Shown here: positions 48,602 through 61,887 of the stretch, in pieces
Layout of the letters: the number at the start of each line of letters is the position of its first letter
How positions within the stretch are numbered: the stretch's first letter is position 1
From: Lepidodermella squamata
Taxonomy: Eukaryota; Animalia; Gastrotricha
Reading direction: 5' to 3'
DNA: 64,000 nucleotides
NCBI GenBank assembly: GCA_047495785.1
Contig: JBLDXI010000011.1
Coordinates: 62,001 to 126,000 of the forward strand
Made by a program: the position numbers and the translations under genes
Notes under the pieces: generated by a model
Seen by the model: the letters and a program-made list of their open reading frames with translations, nothing else
The model's database searches: none
What the model was told of the DNA's origin: nothing

Positions 48602-49763
48602 TAATGACAGAAGGCTTGTGCTCTGAAATCAATATGTGGCCAATACTGTGGTGCCTTCTGCTGCGCTTCGCTACTCATTACAAATCCGTCGAATGTAATA
48701 CATTTTTTATGAGCAGCGTGTTAACATATCGATGAACTTCACATAAAATCACAAATACGTAAAGATCACCTGAAAAATGTTGATAACAAAATGTATTAGC
48801 ACTGTACAACCTCTCAGAACGCGCTTTACGACCCCATGGTTCACGATTGTCAAGTAGATTCTCAAGTAAATGGATCCGACATTGATCGGATATAGAAATT
48901 TGAACGATAGAGTTGTTGCAATTCCGAATAGAGCGGGACTGGCTTTGAGAAATTGGGAGGATCTAACATTATATGCTGCGTGGCGAAAAATTGGGACAAC
49001 AATAAAGTAAAAAGTATAAGGTATATCAGAACTGTATGTCGTCGTTGTTTCATAATCCAATTTTGCAAACGTGCGACTACGTAGTGTATTTATGCATAAC
49101 TACGTATTGTCAATAGTAGACGCTAATCTCGCGCGCGTCTGCTGACGCTCACACATCAAATATACTGCCACAAATTCGCATATAAAATATATGTGGCCCA
49201 CGCATAAAAACAACTCCTGGCGATAGCGTGCATTGCCTCTTTTCTCACATTTTCTATTAAATAGTAAATCCATTTTTACATGATTCGTAACGTTAAATCA
49301 TTGCCGCATGTAAAATGACGTAACGGAAAAGAAATATTCCTGAAGAACTATTAACAAAATATCCGTACGAGTGATTGAGACTCAGCTCTAGGACCATAAC
49401 ATAGCATAACATTTTCTTTATTCTTCAGCACTTTTGAGATTAAATGACCAGTAAAAAAGAACAGTAGAAAAACACCAAAAAGGCGTGCTGAGAATAAAAA
49501 TCACTCCGGTGTACACACCCTGCCGGACGGTGGTGTCGGAGGAGGACCAATCTAGGGGACCGATCCTAGATCGATCCTAGTCTAGGACCATGAACATTTT
49601 TATTGTGAATGGTCGATAACACCAGAAGCTGAAGATCTAGGTGGATGTCCTTATCCGGAAAACCGGGATCGTCACTTCGGCGTACATCAAGATGAATGAG
49701 GAGTTGAGCGCCAAGTTGACGGGCACGGGATTAATTTCTCTTTATTCACTCACACCACATTAA

Positions 49764-51997
49764 TCACCGAAAGCAAATCACCCGGTTATCGCCTAGAATG
49801 GCCACTAAAATGTAAACATCGCCGTAAACTCTATCTAGAACTGGCAGCAGAACACTGCAAGTCATCGATGCTTCTATTTCGGCTAAATATCGCCGATATT
49901 CACTCTTCGGCTGCTCATCGTCGCTCGAAGATGGACGTTGTTGTAGATATTTCAGGCCGACTGCTTCATAGGTTGAAGCAGTACTCGCGCTGTTCTTTGA
50001 TTCAATTTCGACTGAGCCGAAAACTTGGAGGCGTTTGTTGCCGGAATCTGCGACCAGCAAGTGACCGGCTGCGTCGAAAGCAAGCCCAAGTGGCCGTTGC
50101 ACGGCGCCGGATTGCGAGCCCTCTGTCGCAAAGGTGGTCAGAAACCCAGCCACCAAGCACAATTTACCTGTAGGAATGAAGCGTTTCGAGAAATTTAGAA
50201 AATTCAGAGAATAATAAACCTGTTTTAGCTGAATTTGAAGTTGCTATGGCATAAATGCCCGTTCCTTTATCGGGTTCCTCCAAAACTTGAGCCGTCACAT
50301 AGAACAAGTGAATCTGTGAACTTGTACTATCGCTAACAGCCATCAGTCGTTTAAAACTCGTTGTTCCATTTTTGCCAACCAGCACGTTTCGAGGGGTAAC
50401 CGGCTCGTGAATTTCACTTCCCATGTTCGAATGCAAGGCTAGTCGATATGGCGCGAACGCTAGGTCGTGCCTAACGCTGGGCGCTTCGATTTCGAAAAGC
50501 AGCGAACCAATAGATAGATCACTGTCGTAGCGGCTGGCGAAAACGGCAATGTTCTGTTTGACAAAGGCATCAGCAGAGAAAATCAACTGCAACTGCGAAT
50601 CGCAGGCAAGGCCGAAAAACTTGCGTCGTTTCGCATTCTCGACGTAGAACGGCTCGATCGGCACTCGAGCGGCCAAGTCATTAGCTAGATCAGCGACTGT
50701 TGTGAAGAAAATGCCACGTTCTGATATCGAAATGTACAGCCGACATGCGATATCGTCGAAGCAAGCGTGATTGATCGGCTGAGTGACATTCAACTGCCTT
50801 TTCCAGCGAATTTCAGCTGTTGCAGTGTCGACGCCGAGCACTTGGCCCTGCGAGCAGATGACGAGATTCAGGTCGGCTGCCCCGTAACGGCAAAGTGCGA
50901 TGACGTCAGATTCAGTCCGAAGCCACGGAGAATCGACGACATTCATACCGGACCAATAGTCACCATCGAATGCAGTCGAATCATCAAAGTCTGATTGCTC
51001 GTCAGTTCCGGCTTCTGGAAAATATAATACGTCTAATCAGGGTTCTATGGATTTAGTTTCAACAAAAAGTGCTGGATCCTTAATTTTAGGGTAGGACGTA
51101 AGCCATCAGTTGTTTTAGGGGAGATTTCTGATGTCCCATCCATAACATACCTTCGCTAGTTTCCTGAAAGAAACCGTATTGAAGGGCTTCTTGGGCGGTT
51201 GGTCTTTCTTCCGGTTCGATTGCAAGTAGATCTTCAAGTAGTAGCGACAAATTCTCTTCGTACTGCGTCGGTAATTCAAACGGCCGCTTTGCAGCTAGGA
51301 TCTCGCTGTACAGTAGGAACAAGTCCCCAGAGTGGCTATCGAATGGCAGGCGCATAGTCGCCATTTCGAAAAGCAACACGCCAGCAGCCCAAATGTTGCA
51401 TTTCGCAGAGAAAGCTTCGGCTGATTCGCAAAATTCAGGACTGCAATACGGTGCGTTGTGAGGGAAAGCAAGGCAAAATCCAGGCGTCTCAAAGTCATCT
51501 TCAAAATCGCATATTTTCGCGTATTCGAAATCAGGGCTGACAAAAATGTATCGAGCAGTCAGCCGAGGTGCGATCAAGCTATTTTCATGCAAATGGGCAA
51601 GACCACTAAAAATGTGCAGCAAGCATTGACTAATCGATTTTTCCGGCAGCAAGCGGGTTCGCCGATTTTTCAGGAATTTCCGGAGCGTTACCCATTCGCA
51701 ATACTCACAGACCAAAAACAGAATATCGCTTTCATCGATAAAATGAGCGAAAATCTTGACGAGGTTGTCGTGCTTACTCGTTTTGACCAGATGGTCCAAT
51801 CGCTTCAGGTCAGGCTTTTCGACCTTGAACGGCTTCAACACGACTTGAGTCTTATTTTCGGCTTCGGCTTTTTGATAGGCGAGCTCAATCGGGCCATAGT
51901 GACCTTGCGCAAGGGTTTCGATCACTTCGAAATCGCCGAGGCTCAGCTTTGAAGTTTGAGCTTTGGAGTCGTCAGTTTTACTGCCCTTGCCACCCAT
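49764..51997 (-). CDS. Pseudokinase-NHL beta-propeller fusion protein, copy B (MGGKGS N-myristoylation motif)
   Basis: Tandem paralog of copy A. Exon 51997-51151, phase-1 GTATGT...TTTTCCAG intron, next exon from 51014; same NHL last exon. Confidence 0.82.
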
Positions 51998-52335
51998 CGA
52001 TGACAGCGGAGGCTTGTGTTGTGAAATCAATATGGGGCCTCTGCTGTTGTGCCTTCTGCTACGCCACGTTCGGTTACTCATTAAAAATGTATGTGATCGC
52101 CCACTTTCTGAATGGAAAGAATGATCAGCTCGATATAAGGCCAACCAAACCACTCAATCGAATACATCTTTACTTACATAATTTGAAGAAAAATCATCCA
52201 ATTTTATTCAAAATATGCATTTATCTTTATCAAATCAGGAAACAAAAATATTGATTATTGATAGTATACAGATGACAGATGGATGAAAATTAAGGTATGT
52301 GTGGCTTAATATGGTGGAATGTGTTGAATGCAATT

Positions 52336-55300
52336 TTAGCGCGTTGCCCAAAGGCGGGGTAGGATGATATCGCTTGGGATGTACATGACGTAGACCACGG
52401 GCGTGCGTTCGGCTTTCTGCAGCCGGGCAGACTGTCTGAGCCAGCGCCCACTCAGCACCGGATAGAACAGGACGATGCTGCTCGATAGTGAGTAAACCAG
52501 TAGGCCAGTTGCGATTAACCGCATCGCAATGCCGTAGCCACCCGGCGCAAGGATGGCGACTATGAGCGACAGGGCAATCGCAACTGTCGCCGTGTTAGCT
52601 AAGGCGAGCCGGATCATGCGAAGTTCAGGCCTGAACCGAGGCAGCAGACGATTCTCACGCAGCTGCAAGAGGGTTGACCAAGCTGCTAAGACTAGCAACA
52701 GGCTCGGGCAGGCGAGACCAGCCGCCCATTCTGCAATCCTGCTGCCAGAGCAAAACACCCACGATACCTCGTAGTAAGTGTCACCCGTCACATCGAAATC
52801 CACACTTGAAGTCACCTGCTTCGGCTTAAGCGGATCAACGAGGAACCAAGTGATTAGGCCAACGCCGATCAGAAGCTGAATGGTGAGAACTCCGAATCGA
52901 ACCAGGCGAACTGCTGCGCGTAACGGCGGTTTGAATCGGAGTGGTTTCACAGGCGGACTCTCTGTGACAATGTGCTGCTCGACGACAGGCCTTGCAGGTC
53001 CGAATAGCCAGTCAAAGGCGCCAGGTCGCGAGATTGACGTCACGAAAAGGCGTCTGCGTGTTGTCAACTTATCTTGAACCAATCTTGAAGCAAAAGCGAC
53101 ATTTCGGATTAAATTTCAATTTTTGGAAAAATCTGAATTTTTTCTTCATTGATTTAAATAAATTTGCATGAATACCACTGCACAAATTTGCATAATTGTG
53201 GTAAATATGCATAAAATGTTCGTTGCACATATCACGTTGGATGAATTTTACTTACTTAGGTTGAGCTGGCAGCGGGGCCTTAGGTTGAACAGAGGACCGC
53301 CGTCGCTTGACCAGCATCCTAAGAGCAAGCACTCGCAGGCTGATAGTCGAGTTGAGAAGAGACGAACCAACCGCGACCGCTGCAAGGCCTGCGCCGCAAG
53401 ACACTTCCGAAGGGTGAGCGAGCGCGTGTAGCAGCAACACTGCAGCCACATCGACCACGACGCATCCGGCCAGGGCGAGTAAGCTCAGGGCGACGTCGAA
53501 ATACATGCGCCGCGCGACTCGCCGAGCTTTGGCCAACACGTAAACCCCAAGGCCGAGTTGCAATGCCACGATGATGCCCGCGGCGATTTGCAAGCTGCTG
53601 ATGTGCAGGTAGCTAGTGGTAGCAGCTAGGCGGTGTTCAACCACCGACAGGTCTTTCGGCCGTTTTCCAGTCGGAGTCTGCCATTCAATGCCCTGCACCG
53701 GGATCACCTGAATGTAAGAAAATTGACTTCCTTTTCGACAATAGGAATACGGGTTTTCCTCGCTATAGTCTTTTTCGAGGTCAACGTAATCTACCCTAGG
53801 ACAAAAGCGAATGTTCGGCAAACAGGAAGAGTCCTACAATGTGGCTCAACCCTACGATTAACTCCCACGCGCAATTAACGAGAGAAATGTGAGAAGATTA
53901 GCACACTGTCCCTTGAATGCGAGAGACATACACTCCGTGTAAATCAAGTTCAAGCGTTTTGGTATCGCAACAACTCACCTCGTATTGCGAGATGTTGTAC
54001 GGGTCAGCGGTAGTTGTTGCATTCGGACGCCGCACAACCGTGTAAGCCAGCCGAGAAACAGTGCCGCTCATGCGCTGAACGATCCACGACTGTTCAGAGT
54101 CGACCTCGAGCCGCGACGAGTACGTCACCCGGCCGATGCGAAGCCCGATGAAGTCGAGCCGAGCCGCTGAGGCATTGACAACTCGAGCGACGAGTTGCGG
54201 CCGCGTGGCGAAATCTCGCAGTGAAGCGTTGAAGTCGCGCTTGAGTTGTCGCTCGGCGTTGTCGAGCGTGACGACTGCCGCCATCATGGTGTCGTGGCAA
54301 GCCTGCCGCTGCTCCCAGTTCAGACACCGCGACCCGCTGCTCACGATAGAGAGTTCCTGCAGTGCAGACTCGAAATGCGAGCCGTTGTAGCCGAACGACG
54401 TCAAGCCGAAGTTTTGCGACGCTTCCGGCACGCTGCCGATGTAGAGCACGAGTTTAGACTGCGCGCGGATCACGTCGCGATCGCAGTAGTTCTCCGCATC
54501 CGGGTTGAAGAAGCAGTAGAATGACACCATGAATATGTAATGGGGCGCCCGCATGCCCACTTCGTAGGCCATGCACAGAAATTTGACGCATCTGCAATAC
54601 AGAGCAAATTAGCATACATGTCCAGGATAACATTAACGAAATTCAGCGATAAGGGTTGTACGCCACCCGCAGACAAATTTCACTCCTGAATTCTGAAAAT
54701 AGGAAATAGGCATGTGTTAATTTTGGCCTGAATGGGTTGAAAGCTTTAAAATTAGAGCTCAGGAAACGTTTTCATGTAGGCGAGGCTTGGATTGCAGCTA
54801 TAGCACAAATATCTGAATAATTTTGTCAGAACTGAGCTTTAGACTTGAAAGGAGAGATGAAATAGAAAAATAAATATGATACAAGAGGCAATTGAGCTTT
54901 TCAAAACTGGGAAGTCATAGAGAAATGCATGGGTATCCATACTGTCCAGTTTATCTAGCCACCCGAAATCTCGACCCACCACCGTCCACAATAGCTAAGC
55001 ACTACTAGAAGAATGTTGTGCTGAAATAAAACAGAAAATGCAGTTAAAACGATAACACGAAGCCTGAAATCAGCAAGGCCGGGGGAACTTCAATCGGGAT
55101 GCGAAATGCTAGCTATCTTCAACGCTTGTCAAAGATAATTAACATTGAGGAGAAATTATTCGATCTACTAATGTGAAGTGCCAAAAGTTTTCAAGCTTTT
55201 CAGGTTTTAGTGGTAAAATTTCCGAATTTTCTTTAATTTTGACGCAAAAATGAAGGAATGTTGTCTGTTGTCCATAAGCAGCCAAACAACCCTGAACAGA

Positions 55301-56058
55301 AAAAGTAACTGGATGTTGAAAGCTTCATGATAATAATAAACCGAATGTTGATATGAAGCTTACGATGCCATGATGGACGTGTCCATGATGACAATTCTAG
55401 CATTCGTCGCTTTGACAGCTCGAACAGCTTCGATCGTGTAGTCGTACTCGGCATCCAGATGCACGAATTCGATGCCGTTTCGTGTGAAAACGCGATGCAA
55501 CTCGTACGCGAAAACGACGTCGTTCCAGTTCATAGTGGTCGCAACCATGGCGACCTGCTGCCAGCCGCCTATCTGCAGTACCGTCAGTATCGCCGGCACG
55601 TACAGCGAGTCGGAGGGGCTGCGGATGCGGTAGACGTTGGAGAAGTACGCCCGGCGGTTGATGAACGGCGGCCCGGTGCACCACGAGCTGAACTGAGTCA
55701 GATGGAAGTGTTTCAGCACCGGCGACACGACGTTGCAGTAGCCAGACGGGCCAGTGACCACGGGCGACACCAACCGCCCGCCCTGTCGCTGCATTCGGTC
55801 GAGGTAGTCGATGAACCCGGCTGGGGATTTCGTTGCGACAACGCCCTCGTCCACCGGCGTCATTTCGATGGCGTAGTCGGGCAGAATGTCGGTTCGTGCG
55901 TTGACGTGGTCGACTACGAATTGCTTCGCGAGGCGGCAACATTCGGACACTCCGGCCGGGGCTGGTGGTACGAATGAGAGAAGGGAGAGCACGTACGGCT
56001 TCGTAACATTCGCTGCCCCTGCATTCGGTAGAGCGACCGCGAGGAAAAGCAACAGCAT
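52336..56058 (-). CDS. GABA-B-receptor-like class C GPCR, copy B; multi-exon
   Basis: Signal peptide MLLLFLAVALPNAGA; HVNARTDILPDYAI; YFSNVYRI; AYEVGMRAPHYIF. Shares CHDTM, DF.GLRIGR and SSV.FD.TGD.YY with copy A. Confidence 0.82.
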
Positions 56059-56971
56059 TGCAAAGGCTTCCTTCCAATCAACCAGGTAATTAATAATGTC
56101 TAGCGAAATAAAAAATCAGGTGGACAGCCTCAAGTACTGTATCCACTATATGACATGGCTGATCAGAAATGCTAACACGCAACTTCATGATTGTGCGCTC
56201 ATGTCGTCTTGTCCGAAATCTTGTCGGCGGATAAATTTTGTCCGTTATATCACGCTGAGACACCGGGAAATCAAATCGCTAGTGATAATGGAAATCCTGA
56301 ATACTAAGCGTATGGGGGCGAGATAATAGCTCAATGCAAACTACATTATGTTTTGAAAGAAAAACTTCCTGTTTCTCTGAAATTCAAAGTCCCATTGAAC
56401 TCTGGATCACAGCTTTGCCGGTTGGGAGATGAGCTTGGTCCTGTTTTTTGGGCAGTAACGAAAGTGCACTAAACTACAATTCTGACTAGGCATATCGCGA
56501 TGAACAGCGGCTTCTTAGCTATCCCCGATCGTGTTAGGCCCCCGGGTCGTGACAACAAGTAGCGTCACTTTTCCGAAACTAGACAAATGTGCATCTTTCC
56601 AACCGTAGCTGGTGCGCAGATATCGAATTCTCAATCCCGTTGTTGTTTTCCCAGCGAAATAACGCTGATCAAAATGAGCGGTAGTTTTCCCCCGAAAATG
56701 TTCACGGCTGTAATTAGCGCTGATTTGTAGATTAGAGATGAGTCAATCCTGAATCATTGAAAAGCTACTCTCAAATGAACGATATCACGGAAATTTATCG
56801 AAGAGTTTTTGGAAATGTGAACTTTCTCCGTTACGCTTTTTATTATCTTCATTTACTCAATACTCGAGTATATGAGTATACTCGAATCAGATGCGTCCGA
56901 GTTTCAAGTCTATGGCGTGTGGACGTAAATAATAATAACGATGTGTATGGCAGCTTTTAAAGCGTGAGATT

Positions 56972-58882
56972 TCACGCGGCTTTGACGCGAACATCAGGCA
57001 GTGACGTCTGCTGGATCTGACGCTGCTGCTGACCCTGCTGCTGAGTAGAAGCGCCTCCACTGCTCGCGAACGTCACATCGGTCGCCGGTGTCATTGGCGT
57101 TGCGGCGGCAGAATTGCTGATGGCCAACTGCGGTTCTGAGCTCGCATTTTTGCCGAAGAACGAATTCTGGTGCTGCAGTGGACGGGCTCGTTCAGCAGCT
57201 CGCCGCCTCTCCAAGTCTGCATTCAGCTTATGCAACCTTAAGAAAAAAATAAATTAACAACATTTCTATCCATCGATTACGACTAGGAAAGAAATTCGAT
57301 GAGAAATCAATCACCGAATTCGATTTTTTTCTCAATTCAAAGTGTCGTGATAAAAACCGATCGCCTTCGATTTGAAGTATCGATTTGGGATTTCAGGAAA
57401 ATTCAAAAATTTCAGACTAGCCCGCATTAAAAAATTTGAGGTGACCAAGATCAATTATTTTCGATCAAATAGATCACACTCATTTAATCGGCTTATTATT
57501 CAATGGATTTTTGATCCACCAATCAATCAGTTCGATGAAAACATTCGATTTGATTGATTTTACTTGCTTCTCACTTGAATCGTTGTCGATTCCATTTTCC
57601 TTACCTGGCAATTGCAGCTCCGAGGCCGCTTTGGGCGATGGCCTTGTGCTCATCCGCGGCCACATCTGCCTCCAGCATGTGCAGGATACGATTCGACGTA
57701 CTGCGCCGTACGCCGGCCTGCTTCGAGTCGTCGTCATCATCGCTGCGTGCCTCCTGCTGTTTGACGAGGAGGACGCCGCGGCGAGTGAGTGCCGCTGACA
57801 GGTCGGCGATGCCGAGCAGGTCCCTCATGAACAGGAACGAGTACGCGAGCAGGGCCGAGCGCACGAACACCGCCATCAGGTACAAGGCGCTTATCGCGTG
57901 GAACCACGTCGTCCATATCACCATCTGTTTGAAACTTAGTATCAGATTCATTTTCAACAGGTAAAGTTGAACGTGGGGGTCTGCATTTTTCGAAACAATT
58001 AAAAATATATTTTTTTAGTAATTTGTGATAAATTATGAGAAATTTGAAAAATTCGGAATAAATTCGAATAAAATTGAGAAAAATTTCAAAATTTAAAATT
58101 TCATAAGCGAATTTCACAGACAACAAATCTTTAACAAGCCTGAGCCTTTTAGATGTTGGCAACTTACGTCGAGACGTTCGAAATTGAGCAGTGTGTACAT
58201 GAGAAGCGCGTGGAAGACAATGTCGAAGGCCATGTAGATGACATCGCAAGCCAGCCATGTCATTTGAAGCCACCATAGTGACTGAAAAATCAAATCGATA
58301 ATCGATAAATCAACAATTTTTATTGAGTTTCATCCTAAGCATCCTAACTTTTTCTCGGAGGAGTACGACTAGGAGTGAGACGATGAAGAGGAGGCCGTTG
58401 ACGGGCATCATAGCGATGGCCGATGTGACGTAGATGTCGCGTTCGTACCGCGACAGCACCTTCGGCCGCCGCACGAACATGAGCGAGTCGCGCTCGGTCG
58501 GGTCGTCGAGCGGTGCGCCCTCGTAGTTCCAGTCCGTCGAGATGATGCGCCGGTACAGCCGTTCCGCCTCGTCCGACAGGTGCGGGCCCGGCACGAGGCG
58601 CGGCGAGCCGTCCTCGTTCGCGTTCCTCACCGCCATCTCGCGCGCCGTTTTCGCATCGGCCGGCGGCGGGCGGTAGTTGACGTCAGCGTAAATCACGCCA
58701 AAGTAGTAAATCGATACCAGCTCGCCAATCACGAAAATCGATGCAAACTGAGCACAGAAAATTAATTGACAAAATTTCCCCTTGAAATGCTGGTGACTTA
58801 CGACTCCGTGCAAACCGACGGCGAGAACGTTGGAATGTGTCGTGTCCCAAAAGCAGCACCATCTATCCTTGGATTCTTCCAT
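56972..58882 (-). CDS. Four-TM membrane protein, paralog of 34441-36492; multi-exon
   Basis: RWCCFWDT and LSRYERDIYVTSAIAMMPVNGLLFIVSLLVV. Exons lie within ORFs 58310-58882, 57601-57957 and 56972-57235. The start is uncertain. Confidence 0.65.
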
Positions 58883-60820
58883 AGCTTACCTTCTACTGGC
58901 TATTTTGGCATAAATGCGAGAAAACTAGCCAAGTGTATGGCCTTCAAAAAACGTGCGCTGCATGTAAATGCGTCGATTTTTAGCGGTCTCATTGCGCTAG
59001 GTCACGCAATTTCAGCAATTATAATAACGGCAAAACACTGTCACATTTCATTTCCAAATAATTTTGTTGTTAATATTAATGCCAACAACAGCCTGTGCCG
59101 CGATTCAAATGACCGAAAACGATTTCTGTTCACTGAAATGAACGAAATAAAAACCGAAGAATAACGTTATTCTTTGTAACGGTATAATATCGAGAAGTGA
59201 ACAAAACCACACCACATACAACACGGAAACCAAGAGCTGCGAATTTAATTCACGTCAGGCAGGTTGGCTACGTTCGCAGGTTGGGCAACGGTAACAGACA
59301 AACTCGTTAACACGGTAATCCTGTTTAAAGCAAGCATGTAAAACCGCGGCACTTCTAATCACGGCAGATTTGGTATAAGTATAATGTAAGCTACATAAAA
59401 GCACGGCCTAAACACGGTAAAAAACGGCAGTGACAGTCGAGTTCTGGGTTCGCCTATAATTTACAGAAAGAGCAACGGTTAGACCGGAAAGAAAGAGATT
59501 ACGGAGACCACTTCTAAATATATAATTCGTCAAATGAACACGTCTTTCGCTCACTTCCTTGGTCGACTTTGTAATATTGTCGGTCGCTTCACTCAGGCGG
59601 CTCAATATTTGGAGCAAAAAAAAGATGCTCAGCCACTGCAAGATACTGAAGACCCTGAATGCCGTGTTCTCTTACTTCTTTTCAAGAAATAATATGCTGC
59701 AAATGCTGAGGACCTAATCACGTGCTTCAACAGCCACTAAGTTTTAGTATCAGTAGCTTCATTTAGTGATATTTGGACAGAGAAATTCTGTTCTCTATGG
59801 GCGCAAGGTGCTTGTTTTTTTCCTTAGATGCAACATCGTGTATTTGCACGCTAATTTTGCCGAGAGCATTAGCTTGGATATCTCTTAACCGTATCTAAGT
59901 TACAAGAAATAGTTTTACACTCTTGGCTGTAGCTAAGTCATCGTCCCGTGAACTCAAGGCCCAAGTCCACGCGTAGCCGAAGTCATATTTCAACACGGTG
60001 TTGCCTAAGTCTTAGGCAAACCTGTTATAGCCATTTTTTCTAATTAAATTAAATCAACTTTTTTCAAATAATCTGTTGAATTGTCAACAGAAGGTTTCCA
60101 AATTTAAAAATGATTGCGCATCTTACACCGTAAATAGAGCAGGGGCAACAGCGATTCTACAAAATTAGGAAACTTCCGTAGGCAAGCCAATACGTGAACC
60201 ATCGGATCAAATGACGAGAATTGTCACAAATAAATTTGTTCTAAGAAGAAGACAACAATTTTTATGAAGTGTGTCAAGCCTGAGATGGAAGTTTAAACAG
60301 AGACAATGCAATGAAAGTTGAGTACGATGATGAAATAGCTGCTTGATGCGGGAAATGAAGACTGATCGCGAGCTGATCGGCAAATGGCAATAGGCAGTTT
60401 GGCAGTTTGAGTTGCATCGCCAGCAAAGCCTTGTAATTTGGCGCTAAATGACGCAGGTTTTTTTTTATTTCATTCAACAACGTGTAGGCCGAGCAATAGC
60501 TTGGATATCTGGTTACCGTATCTAAATTTAATTAAATTCAAATAATAAAATTGATGCAGTAGCTTTTGGTTGACGCCGCTGCGTGCGCAGTTGATGATCA
60601 TTATGCCGTCATTAAGCCCAAGTCTTTCTTCCCGCAAATTTTAATCGACACATGCCAACCACCCGGCCTCAGAATGCAACCAGGGTTTCGACATTGCTTC
60701 GACCATACGCCCCGACAACACGTCAGGACTGAACGCAGAAAAGGCAAAAAACTGACAGTATTTAAGAGGTGAAGCGGCGGCTGGTTTCGCCATTTCTTCA
60801 GAATTATTTAAACTTTTATC

Positions 60821-61887
60821 ATGGAAACTTTAGTCTTCGCCCTGCTCCTGGCAGCAGCTATTTTCGCCACTGCCTCTGCTTGCCCTGCTACAACAACATC
60901 GTGCCCGAATTCAGCCTCAGCGACGGATTCCTCTAAAACTTGCCCGAATGGCCAGGCGTGTTACACGACGACCAACCCCTGCAATTCTGGCTCGTCCTGC
61001 ACTGCAGCAGCTAACGTATGCGACTCCACCACGAACACATGCGTCGCTAAAAGCAGCGGGTCATCGAGTGGTTCGTCTTCGTCGTGTCCGAGCGACCAAA
61101 CGTGCACGCCCTCGGCCAATATCTGCGACTCAACGTCGAAAAACTGCATCGCGAAGGCAGCAACTCAGTGCCCGGATGGACAAACTTGCGGCAGCTCTGC
61201 GAGCTCTGTAAGTTTACCCAGTTTCATTTCGGAATCCATTTCTGAATTTTTGCATTACACACGTGTATCAGGCCACCTACAATTTGTGCGTAATAACCAA
61301 GACGCGGGGCGGTTCCGGAGTCTCTAAATCGAATGTCCCGTTCTGTACCGCAAACGCTGGCGCCTGCAACTCGGTTCTCAAAACAGGAACAACCGTAAGA
61401 AATGCGAGATGTAAACTGCGATTCAGCTGTATTCATCATTTATTCAGCCATCGTCTGCTGCGCAAATCACCTTCAGCTCTTTCCAGGAGTGCTGCACTGC
61501 TGCGAACGCAGGTAACTTCGGCCTGCTCTACGAGATTGTTCCTGGCTCGCCGCCTGTACTGGCTTGTATTGGCAAAGTCGACAACGGTCTGGCGTACAAA
61601 GTATCCGGAAAGGCTGATGGAACCGGATATGCGTCTTGCTTCCACTTCCCTTACACCTCAATCGACCCTGATGCGGTTGCTGTAGCTACCGGCCTGGTAT
61701 ATACCTTTAAGACTGAAACGTTTGCATTGTAGTGTCTTTTCGCTTTCAGACCACGAAACCTCCAAGTACGTACGAATCAGGAAGCTTCGCCGAATGCTGC
61801 GCGCTTCTGTCGCCGAATTCTGTCACTTATGCTGCTTACACCGCGGTTTATGGTGCTTTCTATTTTGGGCATTGCGAGAAATCGTGA
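60821..61887 (+). CDS. Secreted cysteine-rich protein with internal repeats; about 4 exons
   Basis: Signal peptide METLVFALLLAAAIFATASA; CP.[GD]Q.C three times; CT..AN.CDST...C.AK twice; later exons carry SFQECC and SFAECC; stop TGA 61885-61887. Confidence 0.7.

Noticed and set aside
56860-56888. Palindrome ATACTCGAGTAT with a partial repeat
   Set aside because: Short, isolated, in a probable 3' UTR; nothing else supports a function.
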